DNA of 61,199 nucleotides, counting the filler, from Sluysia triapertura (taxonomy: Eukaryota), in assembly GCA_046118255.1 (NCBI GenBank). It is 5 parts of 5 records of this genome, joined end to end, with 100 filler letters (N's around TTAATTAATTAA, not from the genome) between each part and the next. Parts side by side here need not be neighbours in the genome. Positions count along the whole stretch, not along the records: positions 24,553 to 37,574 come from JBJNIA010065298.1; positions 37,675 to 49,048 come from JBJNIA010185446.1; 3 more parts are not named here. One strand, given 5' to 3'. The position numbers were made by a program, and so were the translations under genes. The notes below the pieces were generated by a model. The model was given only the letters and a program-made list of their open reading frames with translations, had not been told where the DNA came from and made no database searches. Positions 27,760 to 40,234 of the stretch are shown here, piece by piece. Position 1 is the stretch's first letter; the number at the start of each line of letters is the position of its first letter.

Positions 27760-30106
27760 TTAAAGTATAGTGCATAACGTTATTTATTTATTTTGTGCAT
27801 TGCACATAAATATTCCATTCATGAGCTGAAAAAGGTGNNNNNNNNNNNNNNNNNNNNNNNNNNNNNNNNNNNNNNNNNNNNNNNNNNNNNNNNNNNNNNN
27901 NNNNNNNNNNNNNNNNNNNNNNNNNNNNNNNNNNNNNNNNNNNNNNNNNNNNNNNNNNNNNNNNNNNNNNNNNNNTGTATTAATTAAGATAATTTATCAG
28001 TTTTAAATTAAAAAATTAATATTAATTTAATTAAATTATTTTGGTTTACTTTTGTGACTGTTTTGACATTTTAATTTTTCAAAGTTTTGTTTTCACATAA
28101 AAATTGTTTTTGTTTTTGTTTACTTTTTACAATACTACAAAAACACGCAGAATTTAGTGATAATAAATAAAATAATTTTTATAATTATAAATTAATAAAA
28201 TAATTTAAATATTATGATTATTCCTTGGTAAATATTTTATTATATAAATTGTTTCTGATGGTAGAAATGACAATGGACAATTTTATTGTTAAAATAAGTT
28301 AACATCCTATTTTGAAAATAAATTAAAAACTTTATTTTAATTATTTTGGATTTTGAAAAATTTCTAAACTAACGTAAGTATTTTTAAATATTTTTAAATA
28401 TAATATTATAAATTTTGTTTTAATAAATAAAGCTCAAGTCAAATACGCATATAAAAACATATTGAAAAATGCGCAAAACTAACAACTGCAATAAACACAA
28501 AAACTTTTTTGACACAATTTGGCTGCACAATCCTTGTCCACACAAATTAATCAGAAATTTACTCTTTTGACAATTCTGGTGAAAGCAATCAATATTTTCT
28601 TGGACGTCTATAAAATAATTTACGTTAGTCTGTTTCATTAGGATTTGATGATAATCTGTATCATAGTAAAATACACGCAAAATATTATTTTTGTAAAGAT
28701 TTTTAGACATTTTTAATAGGTTCAACGTAAATCTGCTTATTTAAAATTAACTAACAGTTAATTGTTGTAATATCCGTATTTGTAATTATAATGCTGTACC
28801 GTACCTATTTATACGTGTTTCAAATTTGCGAATATATAAATTATTTAAGATAACTTATTAGATAACCATTAATTTCCATAATTTCAAATTCATAAAATCA
28901 ACCGCACAGTGAAGCTTTATTCAGAATATAACTCATTTGTAAAATCATTTGATATAAATCCTTATCATAGGATTTTCGTAAACTATTGTAATAACATAAA
29001 ATTTTTATTTTAGCAAACGTTTCACAGTTAGCAAGCACTGAGGCTTTTTTTTCTTATTCTAATAAAACCTTTCCAATTGCAAAAAAATCCAACGGCTAGT
29101 TCTAACCAGTAAGCCTAGAACGTTGGTGGATTCACGTATATAAGTTGACTTTTATTTTCTTGCGTAGGTTATTTAAAAGAACCTCATCAACATTATAAAT
29201 ACTTAACTAAGTTTGTTATAAATTAACTTCAAAAAATAAATTAATTAATAAATAAAAATCATTTTTTAAATTTCATTACGAAACTTATGACGATTAAAAT
29301 ATTTATATTGTAATTACTTGCCTTAATTTAAATAACGAATTAATTTTGGTAATGTTTATTTTTAATATTTTATAATCAATAGAAAATTGAATGTTTGTTT
29401 ACACTTAATTAAATGCATGTTATTATTTTAAATAATAATAGTAATAATAATATATTAATAATAATAATAAAGTACAGTGTATTATAATTTAATAATCGGA
29501 AATTACTCATTGTCTTATGAATCATTTTGTAAAATGAGGATGAAAAATGTCCAATCAGATTTATTTTAATTGCATAAATTTTGATGAGCAAAATATTCAT
29601 TAAAAAATTAATTATTCCAAACAATTAATTTCACGTCTGTTTTTATTTAATTTAATGTAATATATAAATTTCATAATTTTTTAGTTTGTGTAACATTTGA
29701 TTTTTTAAATATTATGAATTAATTTGAATTTAATTTGTTACTTTTTTAAAAATTTTATAATTCATTGTTAAATGATTTAAAATTATAAAACATTTTATAA
29801 ATTATGAATAAATTGTAATATTTATGAATATAATATTTATTTTTTTTTTCAAATATAATCATTGAAAGCCCCTAGTTTAAGTTTAATTTAAAAATATTTT
29901 TTAATATTCGTTAAAATATAATTTGCAAACAAATTTTTACTTTATTTCATTTATTGTTATTTATTTGCTATTTAAACTTCTTAATAATACATGTTTATCT
30001 CAACATGTAATTTTTATGTTTTGGTATATATCATCAAAACAAAACGTGGGTTTAAAAAAAGTATTAGGTAAAAATTAAAAATATAAATTTAAATATTTAT
30101 TGAATA

Positions 30107-30933
30107 TGCTGTGGTTTTGTTAACACTTAACCTACAAAATATTTTTTTAGCACGGTCCGATTAGAATGAGGTATAACATAACTTCGATATAATGTTAGTG
30201 AAGCTTTTATGCACTTATATAATTGTCTATCTTTCTTATCTGAGGGTCTGAATTTAATTATTCTTTCTATAATATACCATTTTTATAATTATTCTCCATG
30301 AAACAAAAATTTCACAAATTCTTATATTAAAATACAAGGCATTAAAACTTCTACTATATTAATTATAATTCTATTATATTAATAATAACACTAAAGACAA
30401 AGCAGAAAAAGTGATAATAATGCAAATTTAGAATTAAAGACCACCAGGGTCTTTAATTATTTAATTGAATAAATATAAATTTAAGTCGATTTTAACCATC
30501 AATATATCGGGAATTAAATAGGTATTTAAAAATGATTTTAAGTCTATTTTATGACAATTAGTATCACCTTAATAAAAATAACTTATAAAATGTATGGGTT
30601 CTGATCGAAAGTCATGTTACCAAAAATGTTGAAATAAACTTGCTAGATCGTAAATCACCACAATCAAAAAACCAAATAATGAAATGGCCGTCGAATGATA
30701 ATGTCAAAAAATAGCAAAAGTTTGACAATATGGCGAATGTAAAAACGAATTGATGCTAGTTTATAAACTAGTCATCAGCCAATAGGAATCGATGGAATGT
30801 TCTATTTTAGAAACGACTTCTTTTTTAGTAAATAAATTTCTTTTTTGGAAAATAAATTTTTTTTGTAAAGTAAGATTTTTAAATGATTTTAAAAGATTGT
30901 GATGAAATTTTAAATGATTTTAGCAACCTAACA
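30107..30933 (-). mobile_element. Solo LTR, HSE-LTR family copy C
   Basis: Minus strand TGTTAGGTTGC...AAAACCACAGCA with a perfect 4-bp TSD AATA (30103-30106 / 30934-30937). HSE is reduced to 2 pentamers. ATTGG, TATAAA and CGCCAT motifs are retained. Confidence 0.85.
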
Positions 30934-31069
30934 AATATATCATTTCAAGTACTAAAACAGTGTCTAATAATTTAATTATTGCCTTCACTATTAGACTTCT
31001 GGATTAATGTCTATGATAGAATCCAGATAATTCAATAATCTGGACTCCAATTGGGACCACTAAGCTATT

Positions 31070-31790
31070 AAAACCATTAAATTAAGTCATTTTCGCAAAA
31101 AGAAAATAGTGTTTTCTAAAATAGAAATCGAAAATCCTAGAATTTTCGAGAATAGTTAGTAATTTTTATTGGTTGGTTACATCAGTTCAGTTATAAACAC
31201 AATTTAATTTAATCATTACAATTTTAAAGAAAGGAGAGATACAATATTATGATATTATTTAAAAATATATATACCAAAAAATTAGCAAGTTTTGCTTTAA
31301 TTATATGGACGATTGAGTTCAAATATACTTAAAATCTCGTTTGTAAATTTATTTAGTGCCCGATTCTTTGAGGAATAAAATCAGAACTAAAATATTATAG
31401 ATAACGAATTCTTGTTTAATTTCAAAATATGTTACTATTTTATGCTTCTGTCTGTTAATTCTTGGTGTTCTTTGTTACATATCAACTTTTATATGTGATA
31501 ATAAACACTCACGATAATTGTGTTATTTTGATTAAATTGTTGTAGATTCGTGATGAAGTGCGACAGAATTGTAACATTAATTAAAAAATCCATAAGCTAT
31601 TTTAATTAATTTTTGCACATTAATTTTACTACGTAAGACCCTCTCTGCAAATTATTAAGTGCTGAAAAGATAAAAGATAAAAAATGGAGATTTGATAATC
31701 ATAGTTACAGAAACGCCAACTTTAGGTCATAAGTCGTTTACTGTAAAAATTTATTTTGTCGTGGGTCAAAATTTAAGAAAACCACATTAC
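31070..31790 (+). mobile_element. Degenerate LTR, HSE-LTR family copy F
   Basis: cGAAa aTCCt aGAAt tTTCg aGAAt at about 31129-31153, then ATTGG and TATAAA. The 3' part (GTAAGACCCT, ACAGAAACG, AAGAAAAACCACA) aligns with copy A. Confidence 0.55.
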
Positions 31791-32129
31791 TATAAACGAA
31801 ACCTAATTAATTATACAATTTTTGAATTGGCACATTTTAGACTACCTTAATATGTATATATTACATTAATTCTTTGTTAATTTTTGTTACCTTTTAATAC
31901 TAATTGATGATCCTGGATTTAAGATGAATTAGTGTGAAAAAATATAAAAATGAAACATTGAATAATTGTACTTTTTAACTAGACAAAAATATATTTATAC
32001 TTAGATTTTTGTAGAAATTGTGAAGTATTGTCGAAATTCATTTAAGAAAAAAATCATAATAATTTATGATTTTATAATTTATAAGGTTTTACAAAAATTT
32101 AATATTTTTAGAAATTATTGAATATTAAC

Positions 32130-33242
32130 CTGTACTGTAAAAAATGGCAACCAGCAAATAGTAAAGCAACCCATAATTACACCTAATGTCTTAACAGCTT
32201 TTGCTTCGGCATTTTTTGAATCACTCGTTTTACGGCTTGGATTATTAGGAAAATCATCTACCGAATTATCATTACTAATATTTGTATTTGATCTGGTTAC
32301 TGTTATAGTTTTAGGAAATTTTAACTTATTATAATCACTTTGATTTATTGAAATATCGCTTTCGCCTGGGTTACTTAATTTGTTTGTATTATTTTGAATT
32401 ATATTTGACAACTTGGGTGAAATTGGTTTAAGAAACTTTTGATCCTTATGAACCATATTTTTAGCCAACATAAATATGCGTCCATACAAAACAAGCATAA
32501 TAATAAGTGGTAGATAAAATGCAATAAATGTTGCATATATCTGGTATCCTAAATCATTACTATAATCACATGTGTACTTTTTTTGAGGTGGTCGCCAACC
32601 AAAAAGTGGAGGAATACTAATTAAAGCTGATGCTGTCCAAGCAACCATAATCATAATTAGCATATACTTTTTAGTACGAAACAACATATATTTAAATGGT
32701 TGTGTTATAACAAAATATCGATCAATGGAAATAGCACACAAATTTAATATAGACGAAGTACACAAAAGTACATCAAATAAAATAAATCCATCACAAATTA
32801 ATTGATTAAATTTCCAGTAACCATAAATTTGATAAACACTGGCGATTGGAATTACAACCACACCTACTAATAAATCTGTAAATGCTAGGTTAATAATCAA
32901 CATATTATAAGGAGTTCTCAGTCGTTTTACTAGTATGAAAGCTAGAATCATCAAACCGTTACCTAAACAAGTTCCAAATGCTAAAATTGTTAGCATAAAA
33001 CATAGAAATATAAATAGAATTGGATGAATTGGTTTTAAGAAACATATTTCAGGCATTAAATCACTTTTATTCACAAGTAATAATGCTGTATGACACACAT
33101 ATTGTCTATTAGAACTTAAATTTTTTTGATTATATTCTAAATATAACTGCCATAATTTATAATCGATTGGTTTATCAAATTTGATTGATTCTAGAAATAA
33201 GTCAGCAAACGTTTGGTTATTTCCAACATTAAAATCCATCAC
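32130..33242 (-). CDS. HTR7: 5-HT7-like serotonin receptor (class A aminergic GPCR), first coding exon TM1-TM6; TM7 exon not found in the window
   Basis: GN (TM1), LAFTD (TM2), DVLLCTSSILNLCAISIDRY (amine-binding Asp and DRY), ISIPPLFGW, YQIYATFIAFYLPL and KAVKTLGVIMGCFTICWLPFF. A donor CAG|GTTAAT lies at 32130/32129 and there is no NPxxY in the ORF. Confidence 0.9.
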
Positions 33243-34310
33243 ATTTATTTAATAAAATTTATAAATACATAACACATTTGAATTTCACATTGAACGTTAC
33301 AAATTATCTAGCATTGAAAGTAGTTATACAGTAAAAATAAATGATTTGTATATCTTAAAATTTATTGGTCAGTTAATAATGACATTTATGCATTCATTTT
33401 ATTCTGTTATATTTTTGAGAAATCGTATTGCCTAGTTAGTACTTTCAATAAATATAATAAATTTAAAATATAATAATTAATATGATCAGAATTGAGATAT
33501 ATACTGATTAAAATAATTTAATCACACAAAGAAAATGATGATAAAAGAAAGAGAAATCTTCATATAATAATGCGAATGAACATTAAAATAATGAATTGTA
33601 AGCAAAATAAATACACAGTGAAAACAACCAATTTACTAATTTCACATCTATTTTGTAATTTTTTCTTACCTCTTAAAAGCGGAGGTAATACAAGAATAAT
33701 TTGTTTAATTAAATATCCAGTATTAAATATATAAGAAATTGAAATATAGATAGAAATTAACTGTAATAAAAATATTTGGTTTTTTTATTACGTGAAATTT
33801 ATATTATTCAAAATGAAAGTAATGTATTCAACTTGTGAGAATTAATTATTAAATTATAAATTAATTTTGTATGTAAAAATGCAATAAAATAATAATAAGT
33901 TAATTTATACTGCGCTAATATCTAATGTAAAATAAATACTCAAAACCTCTAAATAATTCATTCATTATAATATTTATGAAATAGAAAAAAATTTGCTTTT
34001 TTTCAAGTATTTCTTTATCTTCCAGTAATTCTCTGATAACTTCTCGTACACTTTTGAAACTTAAAGGTATTTAATTTATCACTGTGGATTCTGTATAAAT
34101 TGCTCTTCTTTAATAATATCTATTATGGTTTCCAATTTTTCATCACTTCCAAAATTAAATATACATTTTCAAATTAATCAAAAAAATCTTAAATCTTTAA
34201 AATTATCATAAAAATAAAACTAAAATATCTTAATAATTTTAAATGAAATATTGTATAGAAATCAAAATGTAAAAGAAAGCAAACAAAATAAAATGAAACA
34301 CAGAAACACT

Positions 34311-34770
34311 TGCTGGGTGTTTTTCTTAACTTAAAAACCTAAGCTACAGCAAAATAATTAATTATTATGAGTCCGTTTATAGTATACGACTTACTAATGG
34401 CGTACCTGTAAAAATTACATGAAAGCAATTATCAAAATTAATCGTATAAAAAGATGCTTCGCCTTAACTTAACAATAATGGGCAAAAATCGTTGTTTTAC
34501 AACGGATAACTTAAAAAACTAAGTAAGACCAACGCTGGCTTAATAGAGATTCAAATTAAAATTAAGTAAATAATGATGGTATAAGAACGTACTCTTTCTT
34601 ATATTTAACAAGTTCTAATATCACGACTGTTAAAATTTAAAAAAATAATATCAAAATCGACGTAAATTTTATATTAATTACATTTTATTTCGTGAGTTAA
34701 AAATTAGTTATGAACTTAATTTAGATTTTTGTTTATAATTCAAAAGGCTCAAAAATTAATTTTATTATTT
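34311..34770 (-). mobile_element. 5'-truncated LTR, HSE-LTR family copy E
   Basis: 3' end AAGAAAAACACCCAGCA aligns with the ends of copies C and D. The HSE-bearing 5' part is absent. Confidence 0.55.
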
Positions 34771-35761
34771 TTTATTTTTTATTATTAATAATTTCGTAAA
34801 AATAAATAAATGATAATTAATAACACTAAAAAATAATAACGATATAATATGAATAATATTTAGATTGTAATTAGGACCTAGCCAAAGACTTTGTCCTGTG
34901 ATAATGATTTTGTAATTGACCTTAATGGCCAAGTAAAGATTCGAGATTTTAGATTTTAATTTGATTTTGTGATTGGCTTTAATGACCAACCGTGAAAAGA
35001 GTATTTTAAGTATATTTTATAACTCTACGGAAAGTTAACACTTATATAAACCAAACTTATGAATTTTAATAAATCAAAATCTTCGATAATAATTGTCCAA
35101 AATCGATTTCCAAATGTGATTAATGCTGCTGTAGATGTGTTACCCCTCTAATCGGAGACGCGGGGATCACACAATTATTGTGAGAAGAAATGGTTGATGG
35201 AGTTGTTGGAATTAAATAATACCACCAATTCGCTCGTAAATAAAAGGAGTATTGATTGCCTTGTTCTTCTTCTTTATAATGACGGTGGATTTGATGATGA
35301 TGGCGATCTTCTTTATAATTTAATAGTGATTGTAAATGACGTTCTGATTTTAAAGATGGCTGCTGTTTTTTTAAAAAATGGTCGTTTCTTTATTCGTCAC
35401 TGTCTTTATATACTCATAAAGACATTTTAAAATTTTATTCATTTAAATAAACTCCTTTCTAGAAGTTTCTTTTGTAATGTTTTTTAATTTATAATAATAA
35501 TAATTCTAATTTTAATATCATTAAATTAATAATTTTTTGAAATAATATAAATTTTAATAATTATTTATAATATTTTGTAATTTAAAAAATTATAAAAACA
35601 CAAAATGTAAAATGCAAAATTATGTACACCTTCACACACTTAATCAGCAAGTCAAAAAGAATAATGACAGTTTCAAGAAAACAAAAAATTATGACTTCAT
35701 TAAAATTTAATTGAAGAACTATTTGTGAACAAACTCAAAAAACACAATCCAACGAACAACT

Positions 35762-36275
35762 CCACAATTCCCTAAAATCATATAAAATTTCATTATAACA
35801 CTGAAATTATTTTAAAATCTTTTAAAATCATTTAAAATATTATTTTCAAAAAAAGAAAATTAGCATCTAAAAACAGAATAGAACATTCTAGAACATTCCA
35901 ACGTTTATAAACTAGTATATAAACTAGCATTAGCTTTGTGAAATTCGCCATTTTGATTTATATAATTTTTGCTCCATCGCCATTTTGAAGTTTTTTGTGG
36001 AACTTATCAAAAAACTTTATCAAAATTGACAGTATATTCGATATCTGGACAGCATTCACCAATCTACAATCATTCAAAATTCCATGTTTCGGTAATTTTT
36101 ATTTTTTAAGGTGAATTTCAACTCACAGAGTTGAAATTATAAAATAAACTAAAAATTTGAATTATTTTAATTATTAGACAAGATATATTCAGATTTTAAT
36201 TTCACTTAAAATTTCGTAGTTATAAAATTATACGCTCTCGAGCTTTAATTTTTAAAATATTATTCTATATCAATT
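35762..36275 (+). mobile_element. Truncated LTR, HSE-LTR family copy B
   Basis: aGAAc aTTCt aGAAc aTTCc (35880-35899), TATATAAA and two CGCCATTTTG motifs. Colinear with copy A until about 36275. Confidence 0.7.
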
Positions 36276-37674
36276 GCCTATGAATTGGATAATGTAAGTC
36301 ACTATGATTTTATACTCCCTAACACTAGTATCCATATACTGTTCGTCCCAGATTATGATCTATCATTTATTGAGGTTTGGATTTTGCGCTACAATGAAAT
36401 TCATGAAACTATTGGATTTTGGCCGGAATATAGAATATCTGACTTATTAGTACCTATTTTGGATAAACCGGATGTTATCACTATTTCAAACCCAGCTACC
36501 ACTACTTTGAGTATAATAAATAAGTTATCTTATCAAACTAGGTAAGAATTTAAGTTTACATAATCAAAATTACTCACAAATTAATCTAACCATCTACCCC
36601 ATAATAAATCACTACTATGTTATATTTAGTTATTACGTTTTAACTTCCTTTTTTTCGTTACGTCAATAATACAAGTTGTATTTCAAATTGATAAATTTTA
36701 TTTGTTCCTTAGGAATAGGAACCATCTTTTTATTAAGGCTTAAACTATAAGTAGGATATTAAAGTATGAGCGGAGGTATTTCTTATTTACTGACCATGTG
36801 TGATGGCTGTCAACTATCCACTTTCGATCGCAAAAGGAGTGATACTGATTAACTGACATTTTATTGTTAATATGTATCATATTTTTACTTTAAATTTTAA
36901 ATTTAATTTATCTCACTTCCATAACACTTGCATTATATGTTGTGATTTTTGTTATGAGATTGAATTAAGATTCTTATTCTTAACGTAAGTTCTCTGTGAT
37001 ATTGGACTTACTTACTGAAGGGCCAGCACATAGATTTGCAGCTTTTAAGAGAGAAACGACAAGAATTTTGAGGTTTTAATTTTAATTTTGATGCTACTTT
37101 TTTCTTAGTTTTAGATAGTTATTTCTGATTCTACTTGCGATAATTTTATTGTGAAACTTTTCTAGTAAGACATTTGCTATACTTTAAGTAACAATCGTAA
37201 TAACGCTTTATAAAATATCAAATCAAGTTTTACTTCTTAATACTTAATTTAATACCAAAAGAATAAACCTTTTTGAAATTATGCATTAATAAATAATAAA
37301 ATTATAAATGTACAAAAGTATGTCAATTTGTAATAAGAGAATTAGATGTTTAAAATCAAATTATGAATATATAATAATATTTTAATCAAAAGTAATCTAT
37401 TAATTTATCAAAACAATTTTTAATTTTAACTCTATAAATAAATTTATGGTATTTCGGGATACTATTAATTTTAGCAATTAATATTTAACTTCTTAAAATA
37501 TTTAATAAAGGAATTTTATACAGTGATATTTTAATAATATTAATTTTAACAATTAATATCTAACTATTCGAAGTNNNNNNNNNNNNNNNNNNNNNNNNNN
37601 NNNNNNNNNNNNNNNNNNTTAATTAATTAANNNNNNNNNNNNNNNNNNNNNNNNNNNNNNNNNNNNNNNNNNNN

Positions 37675-37843
37675 AATAACCACCACTGTCTCTCTTGATA
37701 TAAATCCTTAAACTTCTATCATCAGATAACGTGATAACTGCATCTTCTCTAAGTATAATGTAAGCCACATTAATATCGCATTCAAATTTTTCAAATTTGG
37801 ATAAGAGATCTGCCTTTCTTACTTTATCTGAGCCTGTAGTCAT
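37675..37843 (-). CDS. WDFY2: WD repeat and FYVE domain protein (WDFY1/2) N-terminal coding segment, truncated by the linker gap
   Basis: RKADLLSKFEKFECDINVAYIILREDAVITLSDDRSLRIYIKRDSGGY resembles the WDFY N-terminus (RKPILL..EG...VN.A.[27 protein letters not shown]). Confidence 0.8.
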
Positions 37844-37899
37844 TATATCATAATCACTGAGGAATTTTATTTTTCGTATCATTCTGACTGTCTCTTTTT

Positions 37900-39273
37900 C
37901 GACACTAATAAAATTGTTAATTAAGATCGCTGCTGGTTTATAATTGTTTTCTTTTGATATAATTCTTGTAGATTAAACTTTTCACTATTATTTGGCTGCT
38001 GTCTGATTTTCTTTCTATGTTTTTGAAATATTTTGTCAGTTATTTCTTATAATTTCTTTTTGTTTTTGGCTCTCCAATTTTTTATCAATATGGCTACCGG
38101 CTAATGAATTTGTTTTATTCCTTAGTCATTCCCAATAGTGAACTGGATTTGCTGATGAGTGGTATGCCCAATCAGAATGTGTTTCATTACATGAACAAGA
38201 TTTTGCATTCTGATTGGGTAGTGTGAGAATTGATTAGAATGTACACACTCATCAGCGATGTATGACTAACAGTTATGTAGGTATAAAAATTATGTAATAC
38301 CTTTACAGTTATTACGTCATAGTAAATTAATGACGTGATGCTGGTGAATAATGATAGAAGTACAAGTGGTGGTAAATAGGGAATGATATAATTCGTAATA
38401 ATAAGAATAATAATAATGGCGTGAATTATAATACGAATAATAACAATAATAATACTTATAATAATATTGTAGTAATAGGAATAATAATAATGATAAAATG
38501 TTTATAATAAGAATAATAAAGAATAATAATAATAGTGATAATAAAAATGATAAGAATAAAATTGGGAAATGATGATAGTACTGAGGTTAAAATTGCAATG
38601 CATAAATTCTTGAACCTTGTTTACACGATCTTTCTATCTTTGTAATTAAGCTTTCTTCTTGACATATTAAAAGGAAGTGGAATGAAAGGTGTTGGACCTA
38701 CTTTGTCAACGTTGATTAATGCTCTGTGATTTAAAGAGAAAGTCTATGGATTAGATTTGGAGTGGTTATTTGGAAGATTGAAGTTAGACTGATTTTATAA
38801 TGTTTATTGCGAAATAATTTTATATATGTTATGATTAAGGGTGATGAGTATGTTTGTGTAAGGTGGGTTTTGAATGTTAATATTGCTTGTTGTTTTAGGT
38901 GCGATGGTCGTTATTTCTGAAATGGTTATAAGTATGATTTGTATATCCTTGTGTTTATGATTTTTGGGGTTTATGTGATGGTTGTGAGTTGGTTGGTGAA
39001 GTGTTTGATGAATTGATGTTGTGAATCTCGATAAGGTGTTTAGTTGGTGAGTGTTTTGAGTTGTTGAAATGAATGTGAGAGTTTATTGAGTTGGAAATGT
39101 TGAGCTTTGAATTAATTTATTGTGAAATGTAATTTGGTGAAGTGTTGCGGTTGTATTTTGTTATTTTATGAAATGAGTTGAGTGGTGTTTTATGTTTGAA
39201 GGGTGTGGTGAGAAATGTTATTTTATGTGGTGAATTTTTATTTTATTATTGAGTTAAGGGGTTGGCCACTACA
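37900..39273 (-). mobile_element. TGTAGTGGCCAAC-family LTR-like repeat, nested into a glycoprotein relic
   Basis: Terminus at 39273, about 1 kb of G-poor strand, (TAT)-rich block and twin-CCAAT hairpin. Same layout as the 9668 copy. Confidence 0.6.
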
Positions 39274-39274
39274 A

Positions 39275-39620
39275 TAGTAATATAGATTCTTCTGTGTCGC
39301 AGCTAGTCTGATCAATCTTACAAAAAGAACGCGACATCATAGTGCCTTTTTCTACATCGAACCTTTCATTAAAAGATTTTAGACTTACTACGTACATTTC
39401 TTGAGCAACAACATTATTATATATTATACCTTCATATTATAAGGAAACTCTTTCACATATTCCGTCTAGTAATACATTTCCTGCAGTCCTTACATTATAA
39501 ATTATCTTTTCATTAACTTGCATTTTCAACTTATCTCCCTTATTTAAACTTATAAAACCGGTTTCAAAAGCATCCCTGCAATTATTGGGTGATATGGGAT
39601 ATAACTTAAACTTATAACTT
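39275..39620 (-). pseudogene. Chuvirus-type class III glycoprotein (env-like) fragment G1
   Basis: PISPNNCRDAFETGFISL...VRTAGNVLLDGICERVSL*YEGIIYNNVVAQEMYVVSL...FCKIDQTSCDTEESIL, with a single in-frame stop. Homologous to G2 and G3. Confidence 0.55.
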
Positions 39621-39639
39621 AAAAATTCAAAATATGACA

Positions 39640-40210
39640 CTTAAACTTATTAAAATTCACAATTCATAAGCTTAAACATAATGGAAACTTAACGTGATCA
39701 AAAACCTGTAACTTACACTTACAGCTTAAAAATACAAAATTAAACGACTTAAACTTAATTTTAGCTTGCTTAAAAATCGAAGTAACAATAAAATTCAAAC
39801 TTATAACCTTAAACTTATCAAAATCTTGTCGAAATCTTGTAGAAAACAGCTTATATAATATAAATCGATCCAAAAACTTGTAGAAAATCAAACTTCAGAC
39901 TTAAATATTCACCTAAAACTATCAAAAATTCAAATTTTAATAACGAATTATAATGTAAATTGTAAAAACGTAGCTTAAAAATGGTCAAAACTTAAAAATT
40001 CAATATTTAACTTCATTTAATGCTTTGTAAATACAATCAAACTTAAAAATTCAATGCAAAAATGCTAAAAAAAGTCGTTAAAACTCAAATTACGTCGAAA
40101 ATTTACACTATTTACACTATCAAAACTTAAACATTTAAAACTTAACTTCGCTTACTATTGTCAAAATGCAGCTTAATCTCAAAAATTCAATGCTAATTAC
40201 ACTTATGTTG
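39640..40210 (-). repeat. Repeat-rich leader of the HSE-LTR element internal region
   Basis: Many degenerate AAACTTAA/AAAATTCAA units between the PBS and G1. Confidence 0.5.
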
Positions 40211-40211
40211 G

Positions 40212-40229
40212 GTCCAAATTCTGGCGCCA
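40212..40229 (-). promoter_or_regulatory. Primer-binding-site-like sequence
   Basis: TGGCGCCAGAATTTGGAC lies 5 nt after the LTR ...ACAGCA end. The primer tRNA is not identified. Confidence 0.6.
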
Positions 40230-40234
40230 AATTT

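Noticed and set aside
28420-28725. Missing TM7 exon of the serotonin receptor
   Set aside because: No WLGY-x-NS-x-x-NPxxY in the frames examined.
38151-38256. Hammerhead ribozyme at CTGATGA motifs (also 10709, ~46003, ~4811 and in the HSE-LTRs)
   Set aside because: No correctly placed stem II followed by GAAA, stem III, NUH and stem I in any copy.
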